This document shows, one piece after another, positions 62,580 through 64,000 of a stretch of 64,000 bases of DNA. This stretch comes from Vicugna vicugna (lineage: Eukaryota): assembly GCA_013265495.1 (NCBI GenBank), contig MU057930.1, positions 1,442,057 to 1,506,056 on the forward strand, in the 5' to 3' direction. Both the position numbers and the translations under genes were made by a program. The notes below the pieces were generated by a model, which worked only from the letters and a program-made list of their open reading frames with translations, made no database searches and was not told where the DNA came from. Each line of letters starts with the position of its first letter. Positions within the stretch are counted from its first letter, which is position 1.

Positions 62580-63416
62580 TCAAGATGAAGAAGAGGTGAG
62601 TGGTTGCCAGAGGCGGTGGATAGTGACGGAATGAAAACATAAAAGGGTAGCGACCAGGGAGATCTTTGTAGTGAGGGAGTAGCTCTGTTATCTTTTTAAA
62701 CGTTGAAGTAGAGTTGATTTATAATACTGCATTATTTTAAGGTGCACAGCATAGTGATTCAGATATATATATTCTTTTTCATTATAGGTTATTATAAGAT
62801 ATCAAACATAGTTCCCTGTGCAATACAGTAGGACCTTGTTGTTTATCTATTTTATATATAGTTGTTTGTATCTGCTAATCCCAAACTTCTAGTTTATCCC
62901 TCCTCACCCCCCTTCCCCATTGGTAACCATAAGTGATACCATATAACATTTGTCTTTCTCTGTCTGACTGACTTCACTTATTATGATCATCTCTAGGTCC
63001 ATCCATGTTGCTTCAAATGGCAAAATTTCCTCCTTTTTTCTGGCTGAGTAGTATTCCACTGTATAAATATATTACATCTTTTTTATTCACTCATCTGTTG
63101 ATGGGCAAGGAGTTTTACATGTTGACGGTGCTGGAAGTTATACAAAGTTATGCACATGATAAAAGTACACAGCATCACACACGTACACAGATGTGCACAC
63201 ACCCCTACGTGCATATAAAACTGAGAAAAACAAAATGAGCTTTGTGGATCGTGTCAATGTCCATTTGCTGGTTGGGATGCTGTACTATGGTGGGTAAGAC
63301 ATCAACTTCGGGAGAGAAAAACCAAAAGCGACTTTCAACCTCCATGAGCTTTGTTTTTCTTTTTTTGCAACTTGCTGTGAATCCGTAATTTTTCAAAATG
63401 AAAAAAAAAAATTTTT
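62580..63416 (+). mobile_element. Old L1 (L1MD-like) 3'UTR, split by a younger L1
   Basis: 'agtggttgccagagg' ... 'ttgcaacttgctgtgaatccgtaatttttcaaaatgaaaaa'. Confidence 0.7.
62692..63105 (-). mobile_element. Young L1 3' tail with internal deletion
   Basis: 'ttccctgtgcaatacagtaggacc', 'ctgctaatcccaaac', 'ctaggtccatccatgttgc'. Confidence 0.9.
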
Positions 63417-63424
63417 AAGACTTT

Positions 63425-64000
63425 ACAAATTTTGGCTCACATCAACCCTGCAAGGTCCCTGATGGCTCTTAAGCCAAACGGACTAAGAAGAGGGAGGAAA
63501 TGTGACAGTTAATCTTATCACTTATGGATGAAAATAACTCAGTCTTTTATTTGCGTAGTAATACATTGCTGTTGGAAATTAAACATAGTAATGAAAGATT
63601 CCTATCCTCATAAAGTCAAGAGTCAATATGTGAGTGCAAAACATTCGGAATATTAAATTTACTAGCCATGGAAGATGTCAATTTTCTGCAACAGATACAG
63701 TTTATTGTTAAGTAATTCAGAACAAAACAGTCACATCACTCTATATTGGCACTGCGTACAGAAGTCCCTGGGTATCTGTTGAAGATGGGTTCCAGGAACT
63801 GCTGCGGATATCAAAATTCACGGATGCTCAAAAGTCCCATAGTCGGCCCTTTGCATCCACATCCACGGAGTCAACCAGCAGCAGGCCGTGTAACACTGTA
63901 CCACAGATAAGATTAACTGCCATAATTCTTCCCCAATCTTAGTCCCTTTGGCTTAAAAGCCATCAGGGACCTTACACGGTTGATTTGAGGCAAATTTTGT
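63425..64000. repeat. Long inverted repeat: arms 63425-63519 and 63906-64000 (runs to the window edge)
   Basis: Manual ungapped alignment of the left arm to the reverse complement of the right arm gives 81/95 identities (57/64 in the outer part). Confidence 0.93.
63759..63898 (+). mobile_element. MER8/MER2-like Tigger-derived element
   Basis: TA|cagaagtccctgggtatc...gttccagga...gcggatatcaaaattcacggatgctca...agtcggccct...actg|TA. Confidence 0.7.

Overview
Eukaryotic (placental mammal) genomic DNA, most likely camelid: the tRNA-derived SINEs look Vic-1-like and the young L1 3' ends look cetartiodactyl/camelid (inference from recalled consensus sequences, no database search was run). I recognise no intact protein-coding gene, RNA gene or CRISPR array. 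The ORF track is explained by chance ORFs, simple repeats and decayed retroelement frames. The window is dominated by transposon fossils: many 5'-truncated L1 tails, several ancient L1 bodies, a 3'-truncated L1 that keeps its 5'UTR, a CR1/L3 remnant, a cluster of ERV/MaLR LTRs with one LTR-plus-leader proviral fragment, DNA transposon fossils (MER20, MER2-like, Tigger1-derived, MER33-like, MER8-like), MIR/L2 and micro/minisatellites. The most notable structures are a 95-bp-arm inverted repeat at the right edge, an inverted templated insertion at an L1 ORF1 deletion, recursive-splice-like AG|GTRAGT motifs, a twin-primed L1, a higher-order 25-bp minisatellite and a speculative kinase-like relic. 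Repeat family names and boundaries are by eye and approximate.
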